A stretch of DNA of 64,000 bases from Desulfatiglandales bacterium (GTDB lineage Bacteria; Desulfobacterota; DSM-4660; Desulfatiglandales; HGW-15): contig CAXXJJ010000004.1 in assembly GCA_963667015.2 (NCBI GenBank), forward strand, positions 2,688,001 to 2,752,000, given 5' to 3'. The first letter of the stretch is position 1; the number at the start of each line of letters is the position of its first letter. The translations under genes and the position numbers were made by a program. Under the pieces are notes generated by a model. That model did no database searches. It worked only from the letters and a program-made list of their open reading frames with translations, and had not been told where the DNA came from. Positions 62,326 through 64,000 of this stretch are shown here, one piece after another.

Positions 62326-64000
<1,675 letters not shown>

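Overview
Chromosomal window of an AT-rich deltaproteobacterium (Desulfobacterota-like, judged from ahbC-hemB-ahbD-ahbA, a long PurL with separate PurQ, and hflKC). Most of it is housekeeping or metabolic: truA/rpsI/rplM, a two-component pair with an RND pump, GH3 glucosidase, hflKC, M23 peptidase, alternative heme synthesis, purLQ, prmA and the 3' part of an rRNA operon (23S partial plus 5S). The best candidate for an undescribed system lies in a decayed prophage/island next to tRNA-Arg(CCG). There, one predicted transcript (about 34636-35035) carries an 89-nt tRNA with a serine-type body but an isoleucine GAU anticodon, followed by a switchable leader and a 36-aa ORF missing from the ORF track. 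A convergent consensus sigma70 promoter and terminator define a cis-antisense RNA covering the tRNA and the leader, and a divergent 272-aa gene has its own promoter. Other highlights: two convergent paralogous glycyl-radical enzymes sharing a CX2CX3CX5C insert and flanking an FHA/Ser-Thr kinase pair; an atypical class III cyclase paired with a 2TM-RCK channel-like gene; an orphan ParM-like actin; and a RAYT transposase remnant with REP-like palindromes. All calls come from reading the sequence; no database search was run.
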